From contig CAZMID010000001.1 in NCBI GenBank assembly GCA_964566255.1, forward strand, positions 83,152 through 147,151: DNA of 64,000 nucleotides. Reading direction: 5' to 3'. The notes below the pieces were generated by a model that was not told the origin of the DNA, ran no database searches, and saw only the letters and a list, made by a program, of their open reading frames with translations. Shown piece by piece: positions 19,515-28,817 of this stretch (within the stretch, counting starts at the first letter, position 1; each line of letters opens with the position of its first letter). This stretch comes from an uncultured Planctomycetia bacterium (lineage in GTDB: Bacteria; Omnitrophota; Gorgyraeia; Gorgyraeales; Gorgyraeaceae). The position numbers and the translations under genes were made by a program.

Positions 19515-20416
19515 TACATGCCTCGCACTGCAAGAAATACTGCAATTACAGCTATTAAAGTCATTTTTCCCCAGAAAAATCTCATTGCCTGATCAACCCT
19601 AACCCTGGGATTCGTATTCCTCATTAAAATTATTACAACTAAAAGTACTACGTATTTCCATATACTAAATCCGCCCCAAAATACCGTAATTAAAAATAGA
19701 GGAAGTGCTACCATCATCATTGTCTTTGTAAGTTTAAATATAGCAAGTAAAATCCCTGAATACTCTATATGAGTACCTGCCATTATCTCTGTCTCTGCCT
19801 CTCCTGCATCAAAAGGTACAAGCCCTAACTTTGCCTGCATACAGAATATTGCAACTAATATGGAAAGAATTCCTGACAAACTTGATATAAATGCCCCATT
19901 CATTGCCTGATAAGTAAGTAATTCATGCAACCTTAAAAGTCCATTACTTTTTATAATAGGTACAGTTAATACTAGAATAAAAGGTAATTCATAAGAAAGC
20001 ATAAGCTTTATCTCTCTTGATAGGCCAACCGATGCCAAAGGATTACCGCTGGCTGATGCACCTAACATAAGAGAAATCGCTGGTAATGTCAATAAATACA
20101 AAATAACTATTAAATCTCCCCTAAAACCACTTGGCATTACCTCTATATTAGATAGCCACAGAAAAGTTGAAGCCAATATTACAGCACTAAGTCCTATAAA
20201 AGGCGAAGCCATAAAAAGTGTCTTTGAGGAAGACTTTGGAATAGTGATTTCCTTTATGCTTAATTTTACTAAATCTATAAGAGGCTGGTACCAAGGTGGA
20301 CCTACCCTCCACTGTACGCGGGCCGTAACCTTACGATCTATCCAGCTTGCGACCAAACCGACAGCTGCTGTAAAAATAAATCCAGGAAATATTAAAAAAT
20401 TAAATAATAGTTTCAT
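19514..20416 (-). CDS. Membrane anchor subunit (NuoH/MbhM/HycD-like)
   Basis: DRKVTARVQWRVGPP, PFDAGEAETEIMAG, EYSG, PRVRVDQ. Confidence 0.92.
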   Translation of the reverse strand: MKLLFNFLIFPGFIFTAAVGLVASWIDRKVTARVQWRVGPPWYQPLIDLVKLSIKEITIPKSSSKTLFMASPFIGLSAVILASTFLWLSNIEVMPSGFRGDLIVILYLLTLPAISLMLGASASGNPLASVGLSREIKLMLSYELPFILVLTVPIIKSNGLLRLHELLTYQAMNGAFISSLSGILSILVAIFCMQAKLGLVPFDAGEAETEIMAGTHIEYSGILLAIFKLTKTMMMVALPLFLITVFWGGFSIWKYVVLLVVIILMRNTNPRVRVDQAMRFFWGKMTLIAVIAVFLAVRGM

Positions 20417-20898
20417 TATGGGTGATATTTCTTCCAGGGTTTTGCATGGACTGCAATATTTTTACCTATTAAAAATATATCGTCCTTTTCTGATTCATCT
20501 ACTTCGGTAAATTTCACTGCATCTTTTATGGAACAACTCTTTACACATACAGGTACTTCTTTTTTACTCCTATCTATACAAACATCGCACTGGGAAGTAA
20601 TATAAGGTACTGTCTCAATAGGGATTGTACCAAAAGGGCACGACATACTACAAGATTTACAAGATATACATCTCATTGTATAACGCTTTATCGTACCATC
20701 ATCTTGTTTTTCCAGTGCGTCTTTAGGACAACTCGTTACACAGGGTGCCTCTTCGCACTTCCTGCAGATATGTAAAAATTGTGCTATTTCTCTTAAGCGG
20801 GTTATGCCTGAATTCCCAGGACGGTAATAATAACTGCAATCTGCCTTTACCTCTTCACAGCTATATAATTTTTCAAGATCTATAAATAAACGTTTCAT
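20416..20898 (-). CDS. 4Fe-4S dicluster electron-transfer subunit (HycB/HydN-like)
   Basis: CRKCEEAPCVTSCP, CISCKSCSMSCPFG, CDVC...PVCVKSC. Confidence 0.85.
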   Translation of the reverse strand: MKRLFIDLEKLYSCEEVKADCSYYYRPGNSGITRLREIAQFLHICRKCEEAPCVTSCPKDALEKQDDGTIKRYTMRCISCKSCSMSCPFGTIPIETVPYITSQCDVCIDRSKKEVPVCVKSCSIKDAVKFTEVDESEKDDIFLIGKNIAVHAKPWKKYHP

Positions 20899-20900
20899 AC

Positions 20901-21725
20901 CTAGTCCCAGATTTCGTGAATGTTATTTATTTTATCATACCTAAATACAGGACCGTCTTTACATACATAAAAATTTCCGATCCTACAGTGGCCACATTTA
21001 CCTACGCCGCAACTCATATTCTTTTCCATTGATAGATAGATTTGATTTTCTTTATATCCTACCTCAAGTAATTTAAAGGTTGAAAATTTCATCATTATTG
21101 GCGGGCCGCATACAATTGCTACACTATTTTTTAGATGAAGGTGTAAATTATCAAGTGTTGTGGTCACAAGACCAACTTTTCCTTTCCAACTATCATCTTT
21201 TTTATCAACTGTAACCCTAAAATCTACCTTTTTATCTATCTTCTGCCATTTATCTAAAACACTATCCTTAAATATAATATCTGATGGTGTCTTCGAGCCA
21301 CAGCAGAATAATATACTTTTATATTTATCTATATCGTGAACTAATGCCAAAAATAACGCCCTTAATGGTGCGAGCCCTACTCCTCCTCCTACAAGTAAAA
21401 TCTCTTTACCTTCAAACTCAGTTAGAGGATATTCATTACCATATGGGCCTCTTAATCCTACTATATCTCCTTTTTTTAAATCATGTATTCTAGAGGTAAC
21501 TAAACCTACTTTCATGATGCTGATTTCTATTTTACTCTTTTGATAAGGAGAAGATGATGGCGTAAATGGCGCTTCTCCTACACCAGGAATAGTCATTTCC
21601 ATAAACTGGCCTGCCTTAAAATGCATTGGCTTATCAGGTTTAAGAGAAAACGTCTTTATAGTAGGACTCTCACTGCATACATCCAGGACCTCTGCTTTTG
21701 TAGGTATATAAGGATTTTCTATCAT
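20901..21725 (-). CDS. FAD/NAD(P)-binding [2Fe-2S] subunit (AsrB / sulfhydrogenase gamma HydG-like)
   Basis: GEAPF, RGPYGN, GGGVGLAPLR, CGPPIMM, MSCGVGKCGHC...VCKDGPVF. Confidence 0.9.
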   Translation of the reverse strand: MIENPYIPTKAEVLDVCSESPTIKTFSLKPDKPMHFKAGQFMEMTIPGVGEAPFTPSSSPYQKSKIEISIMKVGLVTSRIHDLKKGDIVGLRGPYGNEYPLTEFEGKEILLVGGGVGLAPLRALFLALVHDIDKYKSILFCCGSKTPSDIIFKDSVLDKWQKIDKKVDFRVTVDKKDDSWKGKVGLVTTTLDNLHLHLKNSVAIVCGPPIMMKFSTFKLLEVGYKENQIYLSMEKNMSCGVGKCGHCRIGNFYVCKDGPVFRYDKINNIHEIWD

Positions 21726-22741
21726 AATTTACTAAGGACCTCATCGATGCGTATCTTGCCAGGACAGGCTTCACTGCACCTTCCGCAGCCAGTACAGCCA
21801 AATCTTCCGATCGTATCTGGGAAAAAATTAAATTTTTTATCAAAACGGTTTCTTATTCGCTCTGCTAAAAGTTTTCTTGGATTTGCATTGCCTGCAACTC
21901 TTGCGAAAGAAAGTAAAAGACAAGAATCCCACAGCCTCAACCTTTCAAACCCTCCTTCTTTAGCCTGATCCTTTAAGATAAAACAGTGACAAGCAGGACA
22001 TATTACATTACAAGCACCACACTCGACACACGTTTTGACAGTCTCTTCCCATAACTTTGAATCAAACTTCTTCTTAAAAAGGTTCTGAACTTTAGAAGCA
22101 TCTGGTATATTTTTCTTTTTTGTATGCTTTGCGATTTCTTCTTCTAATTTTTTCCTATGCGTTTCCTTTTTTTCAATATAAAGATCTGCATTCTGGAATA
22201 ATTTAAAATACTCTTTTACTATTTTTTCTCCTTTTTCTGAACCTATTTCTGCAACGTAACCACTTTCTATCTCTGAAAGATTTATATCAAACCCTTCTTT
22301 TGGATATGGCATTATACCCAAAGCTACACAAAAACAAGTATCTTTATAACAAGTGCAATCACTTGAAATTATAAGACTCTCTTCTCTTCGGGAAATATAA
22401 GATGGATCCTTAAAAGAATCTTGACTAAAGACATAATCCATCACCTTTAATGAAGCCAAATCACACGACTTGGCGCCTATTATAGCTACAGGTCTTATCT
22501 TTTTATCGGAAATCTTCTCAGAAAAGTAATCTGCTACTTTTGTCCTGGCGAGAAAATAGAAACTCTTTATAGATTGTACTGGTCTTACCTCGCCTATGAC
22601 AGCATCTTCAAGCCCTTTATCTCCAACACGTTTATACTGTAAATTATCGTCGGATTTTACAGGGGCATAAACCCTGTGTGTCTTAAAAAGGGACTTGGCG
22701 AGTCTGTCAAGATTTGGTCGATTTATAAAATACGTGTCCAA
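21722..22741 (-). CDS. 4Fe-4S subunit (AsrA / sulfhydrogenase beta HydB-like)
   Basis: GAKSCD, CFC, CVECGACNVICPACHCF, RLWDSC, CTGCGRCSEACP. Confidence 0.88.
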   Translation of the reverse strand: MDTYFINRPNLDRLAKSLFKTHRVYAPVKSDDNLQYKRVGDKGLEDAVIGEVRPVQSIKSFYFLARTKVADYFSEKISDKKIRPVAIIGAKSCDLASLKVMDYVFSQDSFKDPSYISRREESLIISSDCTCYKDTCFCVALGIMPYPKEGFDINLSEIESGYVAEIGSEKGEKIVKEYFKLFQNADLYIEKKETHRKKLEEEIAKHTKKKNIPDASKVQNLFKKKFDSKLWEETVKTCVECGACNVICPACHCFILKDQAKEGGFERLRLWDSCLLLSFARVAGNANPRKLLAERIRNRFDKKFNFFPDTIGRFGCTGCGRCSEACPGKIRIDEVLSKL

Positions 22742-22761
22742 AGAAGTGACTTTCTAGAAGT

Positions 22762-22779
22762 TTGTGAAAATTATCACAA
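22762..22779. promoter_or_regulatory. Rex (NADH/NAD+ sensing repressor) operator
   Basis: TTGTGAAAATTATCACAA matches the Rex consensus TTGTGAA-N4-TTCACAA with one mismatch; lies between the promoter and the first hydrogenase operon gene. Confidence 0.75.
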
Positions 22780-22814
22780 AGTTTGTAAAATAAAAAAGCA
22801 ACCACTATTCAACA

Positions 22815-22843
22815 ACTATAATACAAAGCCTTTTTTGTGTCAA
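22815..22843 (-). promoter_or_regulatory. Sigma70 promoter of the hydrogenase operon
   Basis: Minus strand TTGACA-17nt-TATAGT. Confidence 0.7.
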
Positions 22844-22851
22844 GAGAAAAA

Positions 22852-23271
22852 TTAAAAATGTAGCTCCATTGCTCGCGGCGGACAGGCCTTTATGCATAAT
22901 TCGCAAGCAATACACTTGTCATTATGAAAAAGTACTTTTTGTGTTTTAGGATCTATTATTAATGCCTCTGTTGGGCATATAGGAACGCATGCCCCGCAAT
23001 GAGTACACTTCTCTTCATCCCTCTTTATATCCTTAGAAAGTGGTTGAACCGCAAGACCTAAGGATTTGGCATACTTTAGAGCCTTATCAAAATTCTTATC
23101 CTCACCTTTAAGTTCAAGGACCAAAAGCCCTTCTTCCTTTGGAGTGACATGTGCCTTTAATATATTAAACTCCAAGTCATAATCCTTCACCATCTTATAG
23201 ATTATAGGTTGATCTACGAGTCTATGGGGAAATTTTAAAACAATTCGTTCGCATTTCATTTTAACCTCCAA
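22852..23271 (-). CDS. NIL domain - 2x[4Fe-4S] ferredoxin
   Basis: N-terminal NIL domain (EFNILKA), CTHCGACVPICP, CIACELCIKACP. Confidence 0.9.
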   Translation of the reverse strand: MEVKMKCERIVLKFPHRLVDQPIIYKMVKDYDLEFNILKAHVTPKEEGLLVLELKGEDKNFDKALKYAKSLGLAVQPLSKDIKRDEEKCTHCGACVPICPTEALIIDPKTQKVLFHNDKCIACELCIKACPPRAMELHF

Positions 23272-23998
23272 CTAATTCTATATCTCCTAAAACACCAAAA
23301 TCCTTTTTATAGATTATAAGGGCTCCTTTTACACCTTTTATATTAAGGGCCCACTTGAGACTAGGTTTAATATCTTCTTTTCTCTTTACTCTATTACTCG
23401 TTGCAGTTGCAACTGCATCTGCTAAAATCGTAGATTTAGATATTATAACACAGGCGTCTGCTTTTCCAAAGCTTAAAGAATGCCCTATTGTACCAGATGA
23501 CGTACATATACCAAGAGGTGTATCTTCTGATTTTATCTTTATAAAAAGCTTATTTGTAAGAGGTGAATCACCTGCGTATATCGCTACAGTCCTATCGATA
23601 TCGGATTTTATAAATATATCGCCTCCATTTTCAATTATAACCTCTTTAGTAGTAGATAAAAGATCTTTTCCTACAAATTCTGATATTGCTCCTGCAACAC
23701 TTGCCATTGGTCCGACCTCGGCTTGAGTAGATTTAATCATCATATCCTTTATAATACTAGGTGCATTTTGATCTAAAGGTAATGACTTGAGGCTCGTCTT
23801 AAAATCAGGGTGAATTTTAATATAATTTTCTATTTCACATCTATATTTTTCTATTAATTCCTTGGCAATATTTTTTACATCCTTTTTAGCATAGATAAAA
23901 ATATCCGTTTCATTAACAGTAACTTCTTGAGGAATAAGATCATCTGAAGCTATCCATTTTCTATAAAATCTTTCTTGGTAATCTTTGCTCTTAGCCAT
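23261..23998 (-). CDS. UPF0280 / ApbE-like protein (COG2122)
   Basis: VGPMASVAGAI, ENGGDI, GICTSSGTIGHSLSFGKADA, LADAVAT. Confidence 0.9.
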   Translation of the reverse strand: MAKSKDYQERFYRKWIASDDLIPQEVTVNETDIFIYAKKDVKNIAKELIEKYRCEIENYIKIHPDFKTSLKSLPLDQNAPSIIKDMMIKSTQAEVGPMASVAGAISEFVGKDLLSTTKEVIIENGGDIFIKSDIDRTVAIYAGDSPLTNKLFIKIKSEDTPLGICTSSGTIGHSLSFGKADACVIISKSTILADAVATATSNRVKRKEDIKPSLKWALNIKGVKGALIIYKKDFGVLGDIELVGG

Positions 23999-24000
23999 AA

Positions 24001-24345
24001 TTATTCGATCTCTATTGAAGCAACTGATATGCCTTTACCTTCGATCAAGTCATTTATATTGCTTTTACACTTAGGACATCCCCCAAGACCGGTTTCAACT
24101 TGAAATTCATAACTACAGTTCTTACATTTAAACTTAGCTTCTACTTTTTCAAAGTTAAGTTCTGCCTTTTCAAGAGAAGTTCCTTTTGCACGCTCTCTAA
24201 AATGAAATTCAAAATGTTCTGAACTTATTCCTTCTAATTCACCTATAAGTATATTTATCTTTTTAACCTTTGAATTAAGCTTTTCTTCTTTTAACTTAGC
24301 ATTTATAACACAAAGTATATCATCTACCATGCCTATTTCATGCAT
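24001..24345 (-). CDS. hypA: Hydrogenase nickel insertion protein HypA
   Basis: MHE N-terminus, CKNC and CPKC zinc motifs. Confidence 0.93.
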   Translation of the reverse strand: MHEIGMVDDILCVINAKLKEEKLNSKVKKINILIGELEGISSEHFEFHFRERAKGTSLEKAELNFEKVEAKFKCKNCSYEFQVETGLGGCPKCKSNINDLIEGKGISVASIEIE

Positions 24346-24357
24346 ATCTGTCTCCTT

Positions 24358-25356
24358 CTAACATATCCTTGGTAATTGTTCACCCCTTGCCATATCTAAA
24401 ATCCTTGATCCACCTATTTCAGTCTTTAAATAAACCTTTCTATCTTTTTTTCTTTCAATTTCACCTATAATTTGACTATTTTTACCTAAAGGGTGTTTTT
24501 TCATTCTAGATAAGACTTTTGAGGCAGCACTTTTTGAAACTATAACTACTACCTTACCTTCATTTGCCATATATAAAGGATCAAACCCTAATATCTCACA
24601 TAATGCCTTTACTGACTCTTTTATAGGTACTTTTGATTCATCTATACCTATATTATAGCCTGAAGCCATACTAATCTCATTTAATGTGGTAGCAAGGCCC
24701 CCTCTAGTAGGATCCCTCATAAACTTTATATCCTTAGATATAATAGACGATATAAGGCTATTTAAAGGGGCGCAATCACTAAGAATTCTTGATTTAAATC
24801 TAAGATCCTCCCTTGCAAGTAAAATACTTGATGCATGATCTCCTACAGTACCGCTTATAATAACCTTATCTGTCGGACTTATCCGGTCAATTGAGATCCT
24901 GGCATCCTTAATGATTTCTCCTACCCCGGAGGTATTTATAAAAATCTTATCTATGGAACCTTTTTCAACAACCTTAAAATCTCCTGCAACTATATTTACA
25001 CCTGCTTTTTTAGAAGCTAATTTTATAGAAAGAGTTATTTTTTCTAAATCTTTATAAAGAAATCCTTCTTCTACGATCATCCCGCATGATATATACTTAG
25101 GTCTTGCACCAGATACAGATAAATCATTAACTGTACCGCAAATAGAAAGCTTTCCTATGTCTCCTCCAGGAAAAAATATAGGATTAATAACAAAAGAATC
25201 CGTTGTATAGGCAAATTTTTTACTTTTAGTATCAATAAGTGCAGAATCTCCTAACTTTTTTAAAAAAGGATTGTCTAAATGCTTTAAAAATAAATCCTTT
25301 ATTAAATCATGCATCAGACTTCCGCCGCTTCCATGGGATAAGGTTATCTTTTTCAT
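24358..25356 (-). CDS. hypE: Hydrogenase maturation protein HypE
   Basis: LSHGSGG, TTDSFV, GTVNDL, MRDPTRGG, C-terminal LPRIC. Confidence 0.96.
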   Translation of the reverse strand: MKKITLSHGSGGSLMHDLIKDLFLKHLDNPFLKKLGDSALIDTKSKKFAYTTDSFVINPIFFPGGDIGKLSICGTVNDLSVSGARPKYISCGMIVEEGFLYKDLEKITLSIKLASKKAGVNIVAGDFKVVEKGSIDKIFINTSGVGEIIKDARISIDRISPTDKVIISGTVGDHASSILLAREDLRFKSRILSDCAPLNSLISSIISKDIKFMRDPTRGGLATTLNEISMASGYNIGIDESKVPIKESVKALCEILGFDPLYMANEGKVVVIVSKSAASKVLSRMKKHPLGKNSQIIGEIERKKDRKVYLKTEIGGSRILDMARGEQLPRIC

Positions 25357-26441
25357 CGCCTATACCTATAATATGCACTACATGCACCTTCACTAGAGAC
25401 CATGCATGCCCCTATAGGATTAGAAGGGGTACATTTTTTAGAAAATAACTTACAGTCAAAAGGTATCTTTATACCTTTTAAGACATCCCCGCAAATACAA
25501 CCTCTATCAGGTACTGTTTTTATAGTCGGTAAAGAAAATCCTCTTTCAGCATCAAATTTGGAATATTTCTTTTTCAAAGTGAGACCACTTTTAGGGATAT
25601 TACCTATGCCTCGCCATTCAGAATCATCTATTGAAAAAACTTCATTCATTAAATTCATGGCCTTTTTATTACCTAAAGGTTTAACTACTCTTTTATATTG
25701 ATTTTCGACCTTACTCTTTTTTAAACGAATCTGTTCTACGATCATCAAGATTCCCTGCAATACATCAAGTGGTTCAAATCCCGTTACAACACATGGAATA
25801 TTATATTTTCCGCTGACTATATTATAAGGTTTTGTACCTATAATAGTACTTACATGGGCTGGGCATAAAAATCCATCTATATTTACATTAGGATCTTTTA
25901 CCAAAACCTCCATTGCAGGTAAAATTACTTTATGTCCAGAATATAGAAAAAAATTCCTGATATTTTTCTTTTTTGCATATATCAAACTTGCGGCTATAGT
26001 AGGAGATGTGGTCTCAAACCCTACAGCAAGAAATATCACTTTTTTATCTTTGTTTTTTCTGGCAATATCTACTGCATCCAAAACTGAATATACAACTTTT
26101 ACTAAACCTCCTTTTGATTTTTCATCTATAAGACTGGAGTGAGACCCCGGTACCCTCATCATATCTCCAAAAGTCACTATAATAACTCCGGGAAGTTTAG
26201 ATAAAGCTATAGTTTTATCTATGTAGGATTTTGGAGTTACGCATACAGGACATCCTGGACCTGATAGAAGGTTTATATTTTCAGGTATTAGTTTACGGAT
26301 GCCAAATTTACAGATAGACATTGTATGTGTACCACACACCTCCATTATATTTATAGGTCCTAGACCTAAGGCCTTATCAAAAATAATCTTTGAAACTCTT
26401 TTAGCTATTTTATTATTTCTGAATTCGTCTATATACTTCAT
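25353..26441 (-). CDS. hypD: Hydrogenase maturation protein HypD
   Basis: MEVCGTHT, GPGCPVCV, GFETT, CMVSSEGAC. Confidence 0.96.
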   Translation of the reverse strand: MKYIDEFRNNKIAKRVSKIIFDKALGLGPINIMEVCGTHTMSICKFGIRKLIPENINLLSGPGCPVCVTPKSYIDKTIALSKLPGVIIVTFGDMMRVPGSHSSLIDEKSKGGLVKVVYSVLDAVDIARKNKDKKVIFLAVGFETTSPTIAASLIYAKKKNIRNFFLYSGHKVILPAMEVLVKDPNVNIDGFLCPAHVSTIIGTKPYNIVSGKYNIPCVVTGFEPLDVLQGILMIVEQIRLKKSKVENQYKRVVKPLGNKKAMNLMNEVFSIDDSEWRGIGNIPKSGLTLKKKYSKFDAERGFSLPTIKTVPDRGCICGDVLKGIKIPFDCKLFSKKCTPSNPIGACMVSSEGACSAYYRYRR

Positions 26442-26647
26442 AGGACATCCTTTAACATCTGAAGGGTCTCTTGTGCCTTTTTAGGACTTATTTTTTCTAT
26501 GGCAAAACCCGCATGGACAACTACATAATCTCCTATTTTTGGATTAGTTAAAAAATTAATGGCAATCTTGCGCTGTATATTTGCTGCAGATACTATTGCC
26601 CTATCACCTTCTATCTTTAAAATCTTCATTGGTATTCCTAAACACAT
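26438..26647 (-). CDS. hypC: Hydrogenase maturation chaperone HypC
   Basis: MCLGIP start (ATG at 26647 with SD GAGGT, shorter than the track ORF), VVVHAGFAI. Confidence 0.93.
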   Translation of the reverse strand: MCLGIPMKILKIEGDRAIVSAANIQRKIAINFLTNPKIGDYVVVHAGFAIEKISPKKAQETLQMLKDVL

Positions 26648-26657
26648 ATCTATTACC

Positions 26658-27761
26658 TCATCCAGCAAGGGCTGCTTGACCCAATGCAATATTACCATCG
26701 TGAAATGGAACATTTTTATGTAAATATACCTTAAAATCTTCTTTTTCTAAAAGAGGGGTTACACGATCTATCAAATATCTATTTTGAAATACCCCTCCAC
26801 TCAAAACTACCTTAGAAATCTTATATTTTTTTCTTAATAAAATGGAAAGTTCTTTTATCATATCGCAAATTGTATTATGAAATTTTAAAGATATAGTGCC
26901 TTTAGGAATTTTTCTCTTAAGGTCATTAACTACACCTTTAATAAGTTTATTATGCTTTATTACAAAAATATCTTTATTCTTCACGATATCAAAATTATAA
27001 GATTTTGTATTTTTTGCATTTGATATTACCTTTTCCAGTTCAATTGCTGCTTGAGCATCGTATTTTGCAATATTACATATGTCGAGAATAGATGATACGG
27101 CATCAAAAAGCCTTCCCACACTAGAGGTCAAAGGTGAATTTATACTTTTTTTAATAATTTGTATCAAAAATTCTGATTTTCCTCTTTCTAACTTGATGAT
27201 ATTTGGAAAGTTATCCCCGTATACACTATATAAATAACTCAACGCCATGCGATACGGCTCTTTTACTGCCATCTCTCCTCCAGGCATAGGTACATATTGT
27301 AAATGGCTAGCTCTTTTAAATCCTTTAATGCCACCTACAAAAAACTCACCTCCCCAAATATTTCCATCAAGACCGAATCCTGTTCCATCAAATGCAATAC
27401 CTATTACATCGCCTTTTATTTTATTATCTACAATTGAACTTGCTATATGAGCATGATGATGTTGAATAGATTTTAACTTAAAATTACTATTTTTTACCAA
27501 ATCATCTGCATATTTAGTAGATATGTATTCTGGGTGAAGATCGCATGCAATAATGCGTGGAGTTAACTTTAGCTTTTTCTTTAAATTCTTTATTCGCCTT
27601 TCAAAAACCCTGAAACTTTCCATATTACTTAAATCTCCATCGGGCTTTGAAAGATAAGCTATATTATTTTTAACAAAACAAAAGCTATTCTTTGATTGTG
27701 CGCCGACAGCAAAAATTTCAGCTTTTTTCCGCCGAGGAAAATTTATCGTAGTGTAATCCAT
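26658..27761 (-). CDS. hypF: Truncated HypF carbamoyltransferase (C-terminal Kae1-like domain only)
   Basis: DLHPEY, QHHHAH, FDGTGFG, IWGGE, SSVGRLFDA, LSGGVFQN, HDGNIALGQ present; acylphosphatase, zinc-finger and YrdC domains absent (367 aa). Confidence 0.88.
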   Translation of the reverse strand: MDYTTINFPRRKKAEIFAVGAQSKNSFCFVKNNIAYLSKPDGDLSNMESFRVFERRIKNLKKKLKLTPRIIACDLHPEYISTKYADDLVKNSNFKLKSIQHHHAHIASSIVDNKIKGDVIGIAFDGTGFGLDGNIWGGEFFVGGIKGFKRASHLQYVPMPGGEMAVKEPYRMALSYLYSVYGDNFPNIIKLERGKSEFLIQIIKKSINSPLTSSVGRLFDAVSSILDICNIAKYDAQAAIELEKVISNAKNTKSYNFDIVKNKDIFVIKHNKLIKGVVNDLKRKIPKGTISLKFHNTICDMIKELSILLRKKYKISKVVLSGGVFQNRYLIDRVTPLLEKEDFKVYLHKNVPFHDGNIALGQAALAG

Positions 27762-27767
27762 GGTAAG

Positions 27768-28817
27768 TTATCTTAAATTATCTTTTGCTAACTGGCTGAG
27801 TCCTGGAAGTTTAGACAAGACTTTATCTGTCAAATCTTGGGAGAGCGTACCCATTCCACAACTGGGAGTAATTAAAGATTGACGTATTAATAAATCTCGG
27901 GGGATTCCTTTTTTCTCCAGTTTTTTGATTTCTGATGAAAGCTTATCAAAAAGCGACTTTTCAGTCTCCTTTAATATAGCGTTAGATGTAGGAACAATAC
28001 CCCAGGCAAAGACTCCACCTCTTTTTAAAAACTCAGTTATATCGCTAGGATACAATGAAAGTCCATCTACATAAGAATATGCATCAAAATTTATAATATC
28101 GACGTTTGATTCAGTAAAAAGCGACCAATCTGTGTTACCGCAACAGTGAATTCCACTTAACGCTCCTTCTGAATGTATCTTATCTATTATAGAATTGAGC
28201 ATCAAGATCACATCCTGCCTTTCGATATTAACAAAACTCGAACCAAAGCTCGTAAGGTATGGCTCATCTACAAATATAATGACATTTTTAGAAATATTCT
28301 TTAATTTATGTATCTGATGAGCAGCTTTTATTTCTAAAAGTTTAACAAATCCCTCTTTTAAGGTATCGTTATATATTATGGACTTTCCTTTTTCATCAAC
28401 AACGCTTAATCCAAAACTAACAGGACCTGTAACATGACCTTTTACATAATTTGGATTGAATTTTTTAGCTAGATCCAAAAATACATAAAGACCCTCTGCA
28501 AAATCCCTTGAAAGCCCAAACGATTCATAGTCTCCTGAAAGATAAGCCTCATAGATCTTACCTAACCCTTCGCTTAAATCTTTGGTAGTATCTACAAATA
28601 TCTTTCTATTTTTTTCATCTATGGTAAGTGAGGGTAGACCCTCTGCGAACTGAACATACATGTTTTCTTTAAAGCTCCTCTTTGTTAGCTGAGGCCAAAA
28701 AGGTATGTCAAATTTAGTAGAGATTAGTTCTATGGATGCCTTTAAATCAACTAAAGGCAAACTCCCTATTCCAGTTGTAAGAAACTTTTCCTTGATCTTC
28801 ATGATTTGTAAACTCAA
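27768..28817 (-). CDS. Folate-independent 'core' methionine synthase (MetE catalytic-domain-only, MesB-like)
   Basis: TTGIGSLP, IPFWPQL, KGHVTGPVS, FVDEP, zinc motif GIHCCG, WGIVPT, LITPSCG. True start may be the internal MKIKEKF. Confidence 0.78.
   Translation of the reverse strand: MSLQIMKIKEKFLTTGIGSLPLVDLKASIELISTKFDIPFWPQLTKRSFKENMYVQFAEGLPSLTIDEKNRKIFVDTTKDLSEGLGKIYEAYLSGDYESFGLSRDFAEGLYVFLDLAKKFNPNYVKGHVTGPVSFGLSVVDEKGKSIIYNDTLKEGFVKLLEIKAAHQIHKLKNISKNVIIFVDEPYLTSFGSSFVNIERQDVILMLNSIIDKIHSEGALSGIHCCGNTDWSLFTESNVDIINFDAYSYVDGLSLYPSDITEFLKRGGVFAWGIVPTSNAILKETEKSLFDKLSSEIKKLEKKGIPRDLLIRQSLITPSCGMGTLSQDLTDKVLSKLPGLSQLAKDNLR

Noticed and set aside
11092-20416. Respiratory complex I (nuo) or stand-alone Mrp antiporter
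   Set aside because: The NuoD-like subunit has both Ni-binding CxxC motifs and a cleavable tail, with hyp genes and a maturation protease nearby, so it is a [NiFe] hydrogenase.
20901-22741. Anaerobic sulfite reductase AsrABC
   Set aside because: No siroheme AsrC subunit; the two genes lead directly into the hydrogenase operon.
26648-26713. N-terminal extension of HypC in the track
   Set aside because: HypC needs Cys at position 2 (MCLGIP); the extension overlaps hypF and an SD precedes ATG 26647.
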